A stretch of DNA of 40,906 nucleotides. Source: Geosiphon pyriformis uo1. Taxonomy: Eukaryota; Fungi; Glomeromycota. Location of the stretch: the NCBI GenBank assembly GCA_016748015.1, contig JAAOMT010000221.1:22648-63553 (forward strand), in the 5' to 3' direction. Positions 1 through 13,156 of this stretch are shown in pieces; within the stretch, counting starts at the first letter, position 1, and the number at the start of each line of letters is the position of its first letter. A program made the position numbers and the translations under genes. A model generated the notes under the pieces. It was not told where the DNA came from. It worked only from the letters and a program-made list of their open reading frames with translations, and searched no databases.

Positions 1-249
1 TGTATAAAGTTATTAAATTCTGAATTTAAACAACCAAAATATGACAATTTTTGATAAAATTAAAACACAAATTAAATGTAAAATTATATAAGCCAAGTGC
101 ATTTTTTAATGATGTTTATTTTTTGAACTAGTCTGTACTAGCTTATAGAGCATTAAAAATAACCACTCTACTTTAATATCATCATTATAATAAAATTTAT
201 TATCTTATAATCTTTATCTTCTTGCATATTTTTGGTTAACTCAGTCTGA

Positions 250-1241
250 TTTTCAATAAATTTTACTGACTTGTTGATCAGAATGCGGTACGTGAACATT
301 TTGTGGTCAATCGTAACTATAATGAGCTGTGGCATCAACGCTACAATAATCAGTTTTACCTCCTGTCACAAAATAATTCTCATCTACTAATTTTCTTTGT
401 TGCTCTGCTAATTTCGTATTTTGTTGTAATAATTTCTCTCCAACTTAGCCTTAACTAGATGATGTTCTTTGTACTTTTTTAGTAAATCTTTCACTTCTTC
501 CTTGCGAGCATTATACTGTAAGCCGTTTCAAAAATGTTGGCACTTGTCACATAAATCCGTTCTTGGAATCATGATTTGAATATAAGGCATTAATTGGTGC
601 CATAATTTGCGAAACGCATCATATTTTAACAATTTCAATGTGCTATCGTTTTCAAGACCTGCAATAAAATCTCGATAAACCGATTTGTAACTCATTTCAG
701 CTGGCAAAAGTGTAAGCAATTGAGTAATTCGATTGACATTTCTACCAGGACTTGGTAGTCCATGAATTTCAGCATAGTTTTCAAGAAAATTCTTCACGGA
801 GATAGCAACGGTTATATCAATGGTTATTTTGGTTTTCCATCGCAGCACTCGTTTGATATTACCATGAACACGTGGTATTATACCATTCGTTGCTAGATGA
901 TTTCTGACGTTTTCCAAATAAGTGCGGCCAATTCCTAACATATTGAGATACGCTTTCTGGCAGAGAGGCGTATTGCGATTTCAATAATAAAAAGTTCTCT
1001 TATTAATATGCGTTTTCTTTTAAGATGTCGACTGGCGGTTATTTCTCCACCATTCATTGCTTTCAGCTGAGCCATTACAAATATATCTTGTTCAGATCTA
1101 GAGAGCTTGAAATACTTCACGTAATTCAGCAAACTTTTCCCTCGGAATTTTTTGAGAACAACCACAATTGCAACCTATCTCCAAAAAGCGCACGGCTTTT
1201 TCATATTCAGTCGAACCATTATAATTATAACTTTCCATATA
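250..1241 (-). pseudogene. Decayed DNA transposase, Sola-like DDD family, N-terminal and central part only
   Basis: Frameshifted minus-strand ORFs 1098-1325, 935-1165 and 528-941 join into one protein with CNCGC, HGLPSPGR and FRKLWHQLMPYIQIMIPRTDLCDKC. It continues by manual translation at about 340-250 as AHYSYD*PQNVHVPHSDQQVSKIY, resembling the SFDxxQ-P first catalytic Asp region of Sola-type transposases. No TIRs identified. Confidence 0.55.
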
Positions 1242-1628
1242 CAAGTAAATCCTATATATATATTTTTTTAATAACAGTTTATTACGCTGTTTCCGGTGGA
1301 TTGTATTTTTCCTAATAATAAGCATTAATATGGTTCATTCATTTGTCACAATATTCGAGTAACTTTATCATTACGTTTTCTAAAATACAAAGACTATAAA
1401 TTCACTTGTTGATTAATACTTGCAGATGCTCTAAACCAAGCCAGCTACTCAAGCCAGCCTCACCAGATACACAAACTCAATGTAATACCTGCTATTGAAG
1501 AAAGTCAAAAGCAAACACTTGTCATCACATTGGTAATGAATACTAAACTAGTAAACAAGGGGATCTTGAGCCACAATATGATCCTCAGACCAATGATCGC
1601 CTGTATCCTCATTTTCAAACTTCCATGC

Positions 1629-1647
1629 CTGTCTCTTATACACATCT
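1629..1647 (+). other. Nextera/Tn5 mosaic-end adapter (assembly artefact)
   Basis: Exact CTGTCTCTTATACACATCT, sitting at a chimeric junction. Confidence 0.97.
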
Positions 1648-3128
1648 TATGGGAATGAAGTGTGTAAAAGCCACGGTTGCACCCTCAAAACATTTTAGGT
1701 CATCAAGTGCAGCAGGATCCAGTAATTCCATTAATTGTTTGACTGTGATGGCAATTGATTTCCATTGTTTCAATTTCTGTATAGACCTTACTGCGAGAAT
1801 TAGAATAATTCGTGCCACCACCTTTCCACGAGGGCCTGCGTCCACGAACCCCTTTTTTAGTGTGTTATTGAACTTTTGAAGAATAGAAATCAATATATTG
1901 TTATCAGTAATAGCAGATAACGCTGCTTCTGCTAATAAAGGTTCCGATGGATAACGAATTAACAAGTGCTCCCTGTCACGTAATACTGCAACGCACATTG
2001 CCATCACGAGATCGGAAGCGATCTTTGATTGGGGTGAAAAATCCAAACAAACGAGAACTGATAAAACAGCAATACTGGACATTTTGCTGCCTTGGAAAGA
2101 AGATTCTCCACCAAAAAGTTTAATCGTCAATAGTGAGACAAGTCCTATAAGAGCTGTTTGAGTCTTAAAGGGAGCTTTTCATTTGACATCAAAATAACTG
2201 TATATTAATGGTCTCCCTAGCCTTGCCAATTGGACCATCTGGTCTTCTTCAAATGTTTCTTCTGGATCTTCTTCAGATGTTTCTATTGGATCTACTGTCT
2301 TTTTTCCAAAGATATCTATCGTTGTAAGTCGAAATAATTCAAATTTTAGCTCGTCCCTTCTTGCAGATGGGTCTGCTGATGACGGTGGTATGAAGTTGGA
2401 AATTTTGCTGAACATGTCCAAAAAGAGGACGAAGAAGCCATTCCAGTTGATGTGTCTTATAGCTCTTCTAAACAATCGAAATTTACTGCAGTCATCATTT
2501 TGTGCAGAACTAATGAGGCATCGAGCTTTGTCAATGCATAAAAGAATCTTGACTTCATTTTTGGGATTATCTGAGAATAGGAATTTATCCATGTCGAGGT
2601 TTGCATCACTCTGTTTAACATTCTCTCAGTCTTTACTGCTTATTAAAACCTCTGTCCAGAATTTCTGGCACCACTTATAATCCAGTTGCAGATTCTAGAG
2701 TTTCTCAGCTGATTCAGTGAGGGAATATTCTTGCAGCTTTTTGATAGCGTGCCAAAGAATGAACATAAAGCGCCATTCCTCTCCGTCTGAGATCATTTCC
2801 AATATATCGAAGATCTCTGGTGCATAAGGCGTAGCAGGTGGGTATCCAGTACTTTCCTTGGGGCGTAGACACACATATAATGTAGGAATTTTCCTCGCAA
2901 TTTGCTCAATAAGACGGGTTTTTCCGTATCCAGAACTCTAAAAGAGTGTTCCATAAGGTATGTGATTTGTCTGATTGGCAAACCAATACACGTGTTTCTT
3001 ATTGATGTATTCTTGAAATAATTCGACTATGTTCAATGGATCCTTGTACGGTGTTTTAAAGGCATCTAAGAAAGCCTGATTTTGTTGGTGGAGCGCAGCC
3101 GCATTGGGTTTGTCTTTCTGTGTATCTT

Positions 3129-3147
3129 CTGTCTCTTATACACATCT
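3129..3147 (+). other. Nextera/Tn5 mosaic-end adapter (assembly artefact)
   Basis: Exact CTGTCTCTTATACACATCT, with an abrupt switch from coding-like to AT-rich sequence. Confidence 0.97.
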
Positions 3148-3360
3148 CTTTAATTATTTAGTATAAATTTACTATTTAGGTAACAAACTTGCCTTTGTTA
3201 AATTATAATGATAATCAGAGTTTTTAACCCTGCCATATGCTTATATAATATAATTGTTTCTTTAATAATTATTGTATTGTGCAATATTCATTAAATTATT
3301 TTTGTTTTGTTAAATTGACATTATTATTGTTTTATATATTNNNNNNNNNNNNNNNNNNNN

Positions 3361-4164
3361 GATTAATACTTGCAGATGCTCTAAACCAAGCCAGCTACTC
3401 AAGCCAGCCTCACCAGATACACAAACTCAATGTAATACCTGCTATTGAAGAAAGTCAAAAGCAAACACTTGTCATCACATTGGTAATGAATACTAAACTA
3501 GTAAACAAGGGGATCTTGAGCCACAATATGATCCTCAGACCAATGATCGCCTGTATCCTCATTTTCAAACTTCTATGCTTCATCAAAGGGTGAAATAAAG
3601 GCGTCCAAAAGGTCTGCTAATTCTTTTTTGATGCTAGAATCAAGAAATTCGAAAGTATCTAGTCCAAAGTGTGCAAAAGTGTGTTGTTTTTGTTCAAGTT
3701 TTTGGCGTTTGGACTCGCAGATTGGTGGAACCTCACTGAGTTGTCCTTCAAATCTGAGTTGCCAATATAAAGTGATGTATTGCTTGTTATGATCTTTGAG
3801 ATCTGAAGTTCGAAAAACAAATCGTGAAGTTAATTTGGATGAACCAGACTCTGGATAGGTCTTGTCTGCATTCCGGTCGTTTGATGCATAGTTTTTCACT
3901 TGAACGAGGATATAGGAATATCGATCTTCTGCCAATTTTACAGGAATCATAATGTCTGCACCAGGGTTATTACGCTTAAGAATCACAGCACACCGTCGTT
4001 GATAATATTTTTTCAAAGAACATATTTCAGGAACGTATATTATGGGAATAAAGTGTGTAAAAGCCACGGTTGCACCCTCAAAACATTTTAGGTCATCAAG
4101 TGCAGCAGGATCCAGTAATTCCATTAATTGTTTGACTGTGATGGCAATTGATTTCCATTGTTTC
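3361..4164. repeat. Gap-flanked near-identical duplicate: 3361-3578 matches 1411-1628 and 4041-4164 matches 1648-1771
   Basis: Direct comparison. The differences seen are C/T at 1624 vs 3574 and G/A at 1657 vs 4050. Confidence 0.9.
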
Positions 4165-4858
4165 NNNNNNNNNNNNNNNNNNNNNNNNNNNNNNNNNNNN
4201 NNNNNNNNNNNNNNNNNNNNNNNNNNNNNNNNNNNNNNNNNNNNNNNNNNNNNNNNNNNNNNNNNNNNNNNNNNNNNNNNNNNNNNNNNNNNNNNNNNNN
4301 NNNNNNNNNNNNNNNNNNNNNNNNNNNNNNNNNNNNNNNNNNNNNNNNNNNNNNNNNNNNNNNNNNNNNNNNNNNNNNNNNNNNNNNNTTATAATAAAAT
4401 AATTAATTCTATACCAATTATTTTGTGTAATTATTTTGTAGTAAAAGTTAATTCTTTTATAAAAAAATCTTATTTGTAAATTTTCTAAATAATATGTAAT
4501 TATTTTATTATAAAAATTAATTCTTTTACAAAAATTTTAATTATAAGTTACTTAAATAATATAAAATAAAAATATAAAAATATAAACTAAAGAAAAAAAG
4601 AAAAAAATATATTAAAGAAAATTATTTCAAATTTAGACCTAAAAATATTAATAATTATTAAAATTAGTAACCAATAATTTTAAAATATTAATTTAAAATA
4701 AATAAATTCAAAGTAGTAATAATTAAAAAAAAGAAATATATCTTTCTCTTATTGATCCTCCAGTTATAACGAGAGTGAGATATTGCTAAAGAAAAAGTTT
4801 TTTTCCACTTCCTTTTCTTTTTATATTTTCAACTATTTCTTCAAACATATCTTTATTC

Positions 4859-6819
4859 ATGAATATAAAACTGGTAAGTCCTGTTGCTGATGGCTCTGGA
4901 TCTACTTTTGCTGATCTGGAAATCTGGTCTGATGCAAAAAAAAAGAAGATTAATAGTGTGTACTCTTATAGTGCATCTTACAAGAAGCCTAAGAATCCCA
5001 AAGTTGATGTCAGAGTAATTGATTTGTTTACTGGCCCACTGGGTCTGACCAATATTGGTAACACTAATGGTGAGTTTTCAAAATCTTGGGGCAGTAAAAT
5101 AGAAAGTGAGACAAGTAGCATAAGCAGTCTGTCAGACTTAGAAAACATAAAAAATACCATCACTAAAGAAATTAGTTATGCCAACTCGGACACTTCTGTG
5201 GTCAATAACATGGAGAATAACACTACTTTCAGAAAAACACACACTCGTACATATGTGCTTGGTCAACTCCCAAAAACTCTTTTGTTTGATGTTTTAAGCA
5301 ATAATGATGATATGGTGGCTTTCCAGTCTCTTAAGTTTGCAGACTCCAAAAAATTACACTCTGTCAAATCACATGTATCAGAAAAGCATAATTTTGATCT
5401 TGTTAAGTCATTTGCATTGGATATTAGAATTTCTGTCTTGTCTGACAAGACTATTGATAACAAGTTGATTGCTGTGAAAAAAATTTTCTATTGGGTCGAT
5501 GGTTTTGGAAGTGCATCTGTTCCTTTAAAACTCCCAGACATTATTAGATCTTCTTTTACATTCGAGTTAAGTTTGATCAAGACCAAAGAAATAGTGATCA
5601 GTGAAAAAATTCTGGTAAATGTTGATATTAGGAAACCAAACAGCCATTTAAATTAAAAAGTGATAATCAAGAAGATCCCAGTGGATCTTCTCAGATCAGT
5701 AATTAAATTAGTATTTTCTAAGTTTGGTCAGGTGATTTCAATTAAGATACAACTAATTGGGCTTTGGCAAAAAGCTTTAGTGAAATTTGAGTCATCAGAT
5801 ATGGCTAGCTTGGTTGCTTCTAAATGATCAATTCTTGTGGGTAAAAATTCTGTTCATGTTGTATTGGCATTAAATGACAGGGAATTGTGAATGGCCAGAA
5901 ATTATCATTAGGCTTTGTTGTACATACTTTTAGTTGGCACTACTGCCCATGATTTGTCGGATTTGGTGAATTCTTATGGTGGAAAAACTTGTTTTATTGG
6001 CCATAATCCTGGTTTATATGTTTGTGATAGATGTGCAGTGATCTGTTTTGATAATGAGGCATCTAAATTGGCTGTTATTGGTTTTGTTCCAGTTTATAAG
6101 GGTGTTAATTTGCACTGGGCTGGTTTTTTTTTGGCTTGCTGTGCCAAGTGTAAACAATTTGGTCATATTTCTAATGTGTGTTCAGTTGGTAAGAATTCTG
6201 AAATTTGTCGTAAGTGGATAGTGCCTTCCCAAGATCAGGTCTGTTTGGCTAATATTTATAAGAAGAAGCAGACTCCAGTTGCCTGCCCAGTATCTTTTAG
6301 TAAAAAAACTTGGGCTCAAGTTGTGGGTGGCTTTGCTTTTTGTGTGTTCTTGTTGGTTTCTTCTGATGCTGGTTCGCTTTCAAGTACAAAATCTTTAGTA
6401 ATGGCTTTCAACCTTATTGATGATTCTGGTTTAGCCAACCATTTGGCTTCTTTGAAGCACTCCTTGGAGCTTTTGTCAGATCAGGTTTCAGATATTTTAA
6501 AAAAATTGAGCCTTGTAAATTTGATGCTGATCTTATCACCACCTTGTGCTCACCCTTTCTTGTTGCTTCTCTCTTGGATTCAGCTTTGGATTCAGATATA
6601 GTTGTTGATAGTGTAGTGGTGCTCTCTTCTCCTTTTCTTCCGTTGGTTAATAAAGCTACCCCTAAATTAAGTCTGAACAGTTCAAAGGTGTTTATTACCA
6701 AGATGGATGGTTTGGAATCAAAAATGATGACTCTGGAAGTTTCGGTCAGTTCGGTTTTGGCGAGATTGGACTCTTTGTATTCTAGTTTGGGTTCATTAGC
6801 TTCTCATTTATTTCAATGA
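4859..6819 (+). pseudogene. LINE ORF1 (RRM-like domains, CCHC knuckle, C-terminal coiled coil)
   Basis: VIIKKIPVDL...FSKFGQVISI RRM-like segment, CAKCKQFGHISNVC knuckle, heptad-like C-terminus. Contains internal stops and a frameshift. Confidence 0.85.
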
Positions 6820-9800
6820 TCAGTCTAGTTTGGAAAATTGCTACTTGCAATGTTTGGGGTATAAATAATCCTACAAAACAGGAGAATATTATTTGTTGGC
6901 ACAAGAATATGAGCAATTTGATTTTAATTATTACTGAGACCAAGTTACAGGGTAAGGTTTGTCCATGGATTGCTGATAGATTTGATGGTGTCTGAGTTTT
7001 TACTTCTGATGTGAACTCTGGTAATTTAGGTTCTGGTATTGCCATTATTATGGACATTTTTCTGGCTTGTCATGTGTGTAAAATTTCTAAGATTTCTGAT
7101 CGGCTCCTTTTTGTCAAACTACTTTTCAAAAAAAAACCTTCTGTTTCGATTTTGGGGCTCTATGCTGGTGCTTCTTTGTCAATTCAGTTCTCCCAAGCTA
7201 GTGAAATCAACTCTATAATTGCTAAAGCTGTAAATGAATCTTTTTTTGTTGTTCTGAGTGGCAATTTCAATGAAGATGGTTCTCATAAGTGTGCCAGTTT
7301 CAAAAAATGCTTTGATTTTGGTTTGGTTAACTCCTTTGGTGGAAGTTTTTTCATTAAAACTCCTACTTGGGCCAACTCTCATGGTGTGATTAAAACAATC
7401 AACTTTCTGTTTGTCTTTTCAAACTTAGTTAATACTGTAGTGAATTGCAATATGTGTGGTATTGGAAAATTTTTTAATACTGATTATTGGGCTGTTTCTG
7501 TATCTGTGGGCTTGAGTGGGCTTTTGGATGTGCAGTTGAACTCTCTTCACAAGCAAGCAAACAGAGATTGGTGGAAGTTTGATTTCAAAGGTGCTGATGT
7601 CAATAAGTGAGAAAATTTTAAAAATGCCATGTTGGCCAATGCTAGAATGTTTTCCAATAAGGTTGCTACTATTATCAAGCTCTTAGACCTAAATGCCATA
7701 TAGAATGTTTTACACAGGATTATGATGCTTTTGGCAAATGAGATATTTAGAAAGAAGTGGTTCAAGAATTTTGACAGTGTGTTCACCAAAGTTTCTTCAA
7801 GGTTTCACAGATTGGAACTTTTGGTTTCGAAAATTATTAAGGCCTCTCGTGAAGAAAGTAGTATCAGTTTTGTCTCTCTTATAAAGTGCTGAGACTCTTT
7901 GGATGATATCAAAGTCTCAGTTATTTAGGATCTTATTGACTCTGGTGCAGACTCTAATTGTGTTTATTTTACTCTCTCTGGTATTAAGAAGTCATATTGT
8001 GCATCTAAGCTTGTTGAATCTCTGGCAGTTAAGGAAGTGAACATTAAATTTGCTATAGATAGAAGAATAGAAAGCTTCGAAATGAATAAGAGTCATACTA
8101 TTAGGAGTGTTTTGAAGCGTCCTTTCTGCAAAATGATTCTGAACCACTTGGTTGTTGATGACAAACTTATTTTAGAGCCCAATTTGGTTAAATTTAAAGT
8201 ATACATTATTATGGAAAGATGGATCAGGAAGCATGGTGTGATTGCTGATGTTTCTGATGTCTGGTCTTGTCAATATTGACCATTGAATTATGTTTTTGAT
8301 AAAGTCTTTTCTGGTGTGATGCATTCAGTCAAGTTTAATAAGCTGCTTGATGTGATTTCTGATCTGCCTGATGGCAAAACTGCTGATCTCTCGAGTATTA
8401 CAAACGAGCTTTGGAAACATTGTGACAAGTCAATTTTGGATATGCTTTTGGTACTTTTGAACTTGTGTCTTTCTTGCAAATCAGTGCTCAGAGCTTGGAA
8501 AGAGACTTGGGTCTTAATAATTCCTAAACCACATGAATAGAAAAGTGTTTTTATAAATACCTGTCCTATCATTTTGATCAAAACAGCTCATAAAATTTTT
8601 TCCAAGATACCCTCTAATAGAATTTCTTTGACATGCAGCACTTTTAGTGTTTTTTGTGAGAACAATTTTTTGGTTTTAAAAGGCATGATAACTCAGTCTT
8701 CTATTTTTGCAGTTAGATTAGTAGTTGAGGATGTGTTGGAAAAAAATTGGGAGCTCTGACTGGTTTTGCAGGATATGCAGAAAGCATATGATTCAGTCAA
8801 CTGGGAATATCTTGAGAAAAGTTTGGTCAGAATCAAGATGTGCAGCAGGTTTATTCAGTTTTTTGGTGATATTTATAGAGATTATACCAACAGGATGATG
8901 ACAGATTTTGGATTGACAGATGGTTATCATATACATGATGGTTTGGACCAAGGGGAGATATTCTTTCTTCTTTGTGGCATATATTTTATGATCCTCTGCT
9001 ATGCAAAGTCAAGAGGCAGAAAAGTATGTGCAGTTATAGATTAAATTCTCATTTTATTTCAAGAAATAGTTGTGCTAAGTCCTCGGCTGGACTCTTTTTT
9101 TTTTTGCTGCTGGTGCTTTTGTTGATGATACAATTTGGGTTGGCTGTAATTAAGCAGCTACTCAACATATTCTTAATATTGCAAGTGAATTTTTTTGGAT
9201 AAATGATATTTTTATCAATAATAACAAAACAGTTGCCATTCTCATCAATAGCAGAGTCAGTGTTCTTTCTCTTTCTATCAATGGCTTGCCAATCTCCATT
9301 GCCAAAAAGAATGAATTTTATCAATATTTGGGTATTTTTCTATTAACTGAAGATCTATTAAAGCCTAGTTTAGTGAAGGTAAATTCGGACGTTCGTTTTT
9401 TTACCAATCTAGTCTTGAAAAAAGCTGTTTCAGATAAGCAGTTCTTATATTTGGTGTCAGCAGTTCTTCATCCTATAGTTAGTTATAGAACACAGTTCAG
9501 CTTTGTTCCCATTGATACGTGCAACAAGTGGGATGCTTTAATTTGTAAGGGCTTGAAGTTCAAATCCAGCCTACCTCTCAATTTTCTTAGTAATACAATC
9601 TATCACTCTTCTTTTTATGGTTTGAAGTCTTTTGTTCAGGTTTAGTCTGAGAGCAAAGTGGTCTTCTTTATTAGTTTTGCAAACTCTGGTGGCATCCTGG
9701 GTTATTTGTTCTCTTACAGGTTCTATGACTTACAGGTTCTATGCTGGCATTCTGTTCATCTATTAAATTTTTCTGTGCATATTTATGTCAGTGCTTCTGA

Positions 9801-11502
9801 TAACTTTCTGGCAGGCATGGTTCACATTTTTTTTGATTGCAATTTGTTCTTGAATGGCTCTTTGGCCAATCTCTTTCAGTTTCATAGTGGGGTCCCTATG
9901 TTTGTTGTTCTGGGTGAGTTATAGTTTCTCAGGTTTTTCCCTTCTCTTTGATCATATGGTATTGCTTTTGTGAATCAACTTTGTAATCATTGTGGTTCTG
10001 TTTTTGATTAGTACACTTTTAAGCATTGAAAGAGATTGGACTCTTGTGGCTCTGTTTCTAAATAGTTCGAGCTTTTTGTTGTGTTTCTAAATGGTAGAAG
10101 TCTATCTCCCACTTGTCTCTCAGTTTTGGATAGTGTTGGTTCTTTGAACATTTTTGAATCTCAGGATTTTGTTTCTGTTCATAATCATTTCTTGCAAATT
10201 GGTGCTGACAGTTTGTTGGTATATACAGATGGGCCTCTTAGTAATCTGGGCTCAGTTGGCTGTAGAACTGGTGCTGCTGCCTTTTTTAAGAACATTGATT
10301 TGGGTTTGGGTGTTAGTGTGTCAGGTTTAATGTCATCCACTTTGGTGGAATTGCAGACTATAGTACTGGCTCTGGAGTGTGTTCCTCCTCTGTGCTTTGT
10401 TAATTTGTTTTCAGATAGTCAATCTGCTTTAGATGCTTGTAAGTCAGAATTGGATCTGGTGTATTCCGACTTTTGTAATCAGTGTTGGGTCAAACATTAT
10501 CATATTACCAATGTTATTTGCAGTAAGGATTTAAAGGTCAGCTGGCATAAGGTTAAAGACCACTCTGGTGTTTCAGGGAATGAGCATGCTAATGCAATTG
10601 CTGGTAATGCTTTTCTCTCTAATTAGTATTTTCCTTTTCACTTGGGTGAACACTTCATAAGGGCTGATGGTAGTGTGCTTTTTGGCAATTTTAGACGTTT
10701 TGTCTGTGATATTTATCATTCAGTTTGTCATATATACTGGGAAGTTGGTTCTGGTTCCAGATTTTTGGTAAGCAGTTTGCTTTCTAAGGTTAACTGGTTT
10801 CATTTATCTTTGGTTTGGCACCCTGACTTGCATATAACTGCTGGTTTTACCAGTAGACACTTAGCTAATGCATGTACTTATTTCATGAAGGCTTTGCACT
10901 ATTGGCTGCCAGTTTCTGTTCAGAAGTGTCTTTATAATAGATCATATTTTAGTGTATTGTGCTTATATTATGGCAATGTGAAAGCTTTGAATCATGTGTT
11001 TTTTTGTAAGATTGATGATTCTGTTTGATGTCAGTTGTTGAAATCTCATATGAATTCCTGGAAAGCAGTTTCTGGTTTTTTTCATTCTTCTTTGGGCATA
11101 CTACAACTATTGTCTTTATATGTTTTTGACTCCTTTTTGTTCATGACACTTTATAAGAGTTTTGTTTTTAATGATTGGTTTTGTGAAGTGGTCACCATTT
11201 TTCATGATCCCAAGGTTGCTGGTTTGGAGATTATCAAATTTGTGCACTCACTTAGTCTTGCTTTTAGAAGTGATATCTGGTCAATTTGTGCCAAACATTG
11301 TGCTTACATGAAGAAGAATGAGTTGATTCCTCTTGATGGTTCAGTTCTCATCTCAGTTTCTGGTTTGGCTTCAGGGTTGTCAGCTAAAGTGGTCAAATTG
11401 CTTGGCATTGCTGATTCTTTTGGTGTTCATTTTGGCTTTCACAAATTTTGTTTATTTTTTTCAGGCATAAGTGACTTAGACTCAGTTTATATAGCTGCAT
11501 AA
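6816..11502 (+). pseudogene. LINE ORF2: AP endonuclease - reverse transcriptase - RNase H - CCHC
   Basis: ATG overlaps the ORF1 stop (ATGA 6816-6819). APE motifs: KIATCNVWGIN, ITETKL, GNFN, TWAN, TDY. RT motifs: CPIILI, LQDMQKAYDSV, GLDQG, AFVDDTIW at 9118-9129, YLGI. RNase H motifs: VYTDG, ELQTI, FSDSQSAL, KDHSGVSGNEHAN. Ends with a degenerate CxxC...H...C. Confidence 0.92.
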
Positions 11503-11633
11503 TGTTGTTCTGATCAGCCTAAGTGGCTGGTCACATGTGGAAAATGCATGATTCACGTTTAGTTTAGGTCATTTTTTTGATATATAGCATTAGGTTGTGT
11601 TTGAACTTCACTCATAAAGCAATAAAAAAAAAA
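11503..11633 (+). other. Conserved LINE 3' tail (predicted stem-loop + poly A)
   Basis: GTGGCTGGTCAC..GAAA..TGA motif shared with 12409-12544, 15294-15428 and 28251-28382. Confidence 0.8.
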
Positions 11634-11650
11634 TTTAAATTAAAAAGACC

Positions 11651-12544
11651 AATTCTGGTTTTGATGTTGTTTCAGATACCATAATTAAGGAAGTAGATTA
11701 GAATATTACTCCAAAGATCTGGCATTTTAATTCTTAATGCTTTCTGAATTTACTAGCAAAAGCTTAGCCAATATGTATATTTATTTGATAAAAGCAATAC
11801 ATAGACAGTTGCTTATAGCAGTCAGGAAAAAGTTATATAATAAAGACTATTCTAAAATACTGTGTTTGCTATATAATAAGATGAAATTGTCTAATCATGT
11901 TTTTGCTTGTTTTGATAATGTTAAACTTCATAAAAATATTCTTGTTAATGCTGCTAAAAGATGAGTATTATTAGCTGGTTTCTTTTGCTTATCTACATTG
12001 GCCATCTTGTATTTACTTTTAATGTATTTATTAAATATAGGTCTGTTTACTGCTATATGCAAGAGTTTTGTGTTGAAGGATTAGTATGCTAAGACTGCAT
12101 TAGTCTTTAAAGAGAAAAAAAAGACTGTTTTAGCTATTGTTGAATATGTTAAGTTTGTGGTTGAATTGTTTCATACTAAGGTGTGACTTATTAAGTTCAA
12201 GCATAGAGTGGACATAGAAAAAACTGGTTTGGTTGAGAATAGTAGTGTAGTTTCAGACTTGTTTTATTGTTTAGGATCTATGTTATCAGATGAAATGGTT
12301 TGTTTGCTTAGTATTATAGAATCTTTTGATGTCAGTTTTGGTAGATGCAGAATGTATTGTTTTTTTTCTGGTTTAGATGATGATGTTTTTGTTAGCATAG
12401 ATATATAGTATTGTTTTGTCTGGCCCAAATGGCTGGCCATATGTAGAAAATCCGTGAACTGTGTTTAGTGTGTTCTACTTAGTTTGGTTCTATATACTAG
12501 ATAGCAATTGGACTTTACTCATTAATTGCTTAATAAAAAAAAAA
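11651..12544 (+). mobile_element. 5'-truncated LINE 3' fragment (different subfamily)
   Basis: Homologous to the ORF2 C-terminus (IKAIHRQLLIAVRKKLY...CLLY...NHVFAC; stop at 12408), followed by the conserved tail and poly(A). Confidence 0.85.
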
Positions 12545-13156
12545 TAATAATTAAAAATTTATGTTTTTAAAATAACTTTATTAAATAGATTTATATTAAC
12601 TAATTGTTAATTTTAAGATAAAATATCTAATAAAAAATATATTTTCTTAAAAAAAAAGCTTTTTTTTATATTATTTATTGTAATATTATTAATAATTTAG
12701 TATTTTTTCTAATATTTTGGCAAATTAAAAATATTATTATAGATTAAAATAACAAATTAACAAATAACAAAGAAGAACAAAATTGTAAGATAATAAAATT
12801 AATTAAAGAAAATTTAACTTTAAAAAGTAAATTAAATAAGTATGAATTTAATATGTAAAATTAATTTTATAAAATATCTTAATTGTTAATTTTTCTAAAA
12901 GATAACTAGAAAATTTAAAAATAAAAAGATAATTTGTACTGTCAACAAATGATAATATACTAATATAATTCTATGTTTTATATTAACACTCTTAAAATTT
13001 GATATTAAATATCAAATATACTTTTCAATCATATTTTATTTAATAATTTTCAAATATTACAATTATATTAATTAAGAAAAAATAGATAAATATCAACAAA
13101 TAATTTTTTATTTCAAAATATTCAAATATTTAAATGTAAAAAATAAGAAAAAAAAA

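Larger units (their letters stand above)
1548..4164 (-). pseudogene. Crinkler/CR-type P-loop NTPase + PD-(D/E)xK REase-fold protein, disrupted and mis-assembled
   Basis: Walker A-like PYGTLF*SSGYGKTRL (about 2958-2908), Walker B-like ILLCIDKAR, YPSEPLLAEAA and GPRGKVVARIIL, then a C-terminal NNPGADIMIPV...ILVQVKN nuclease-fold motif (ORF 3573-4124). Logical order is 3128->1648, then 4040->3498. N-terminal header domain is not visible. Confidence 0.65.
4745..11633 (+). mobile_element. Full-length decayed non-LTR retrotransposon (LINE with APE endonuclease and RNase H)
   Basis: ORF1 + ORF2 + 3' UTR + AATAAA/poly(A) at 11621-11633. The 5' boundary is approximate and no clear TSD was found. Confidence 0.92.

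Noticed and set aside
1629-3147. Two 19-bp direct repeats as transposon ends (Tn5-like element)
   Set aside because: They are the synthetic Nextera mosaic end in direct orientation at chimeric junctions, so this is a library artefact.
4042-4479. ORFs spanning N runs and the many short antisense ORFs over the LINE and Gypsy regions
   Set aside because: Artefacts of gaps or shadows of the opposite-strand retroelement frames.
11516-11570. Hammerhead or HDV ribozyme in the LINE tail
   Set aside because: GAAA is present, but no CUGAUGA core or HDV double pseudoknot could be traced by eye.
12545-13150. Extremely AT-rich spacers (also 4389-4740 and 15430-16175) as origin or centromere elements
   Set aside because: No periodicity or motif seen; more simply old hypermutated repeat debris.
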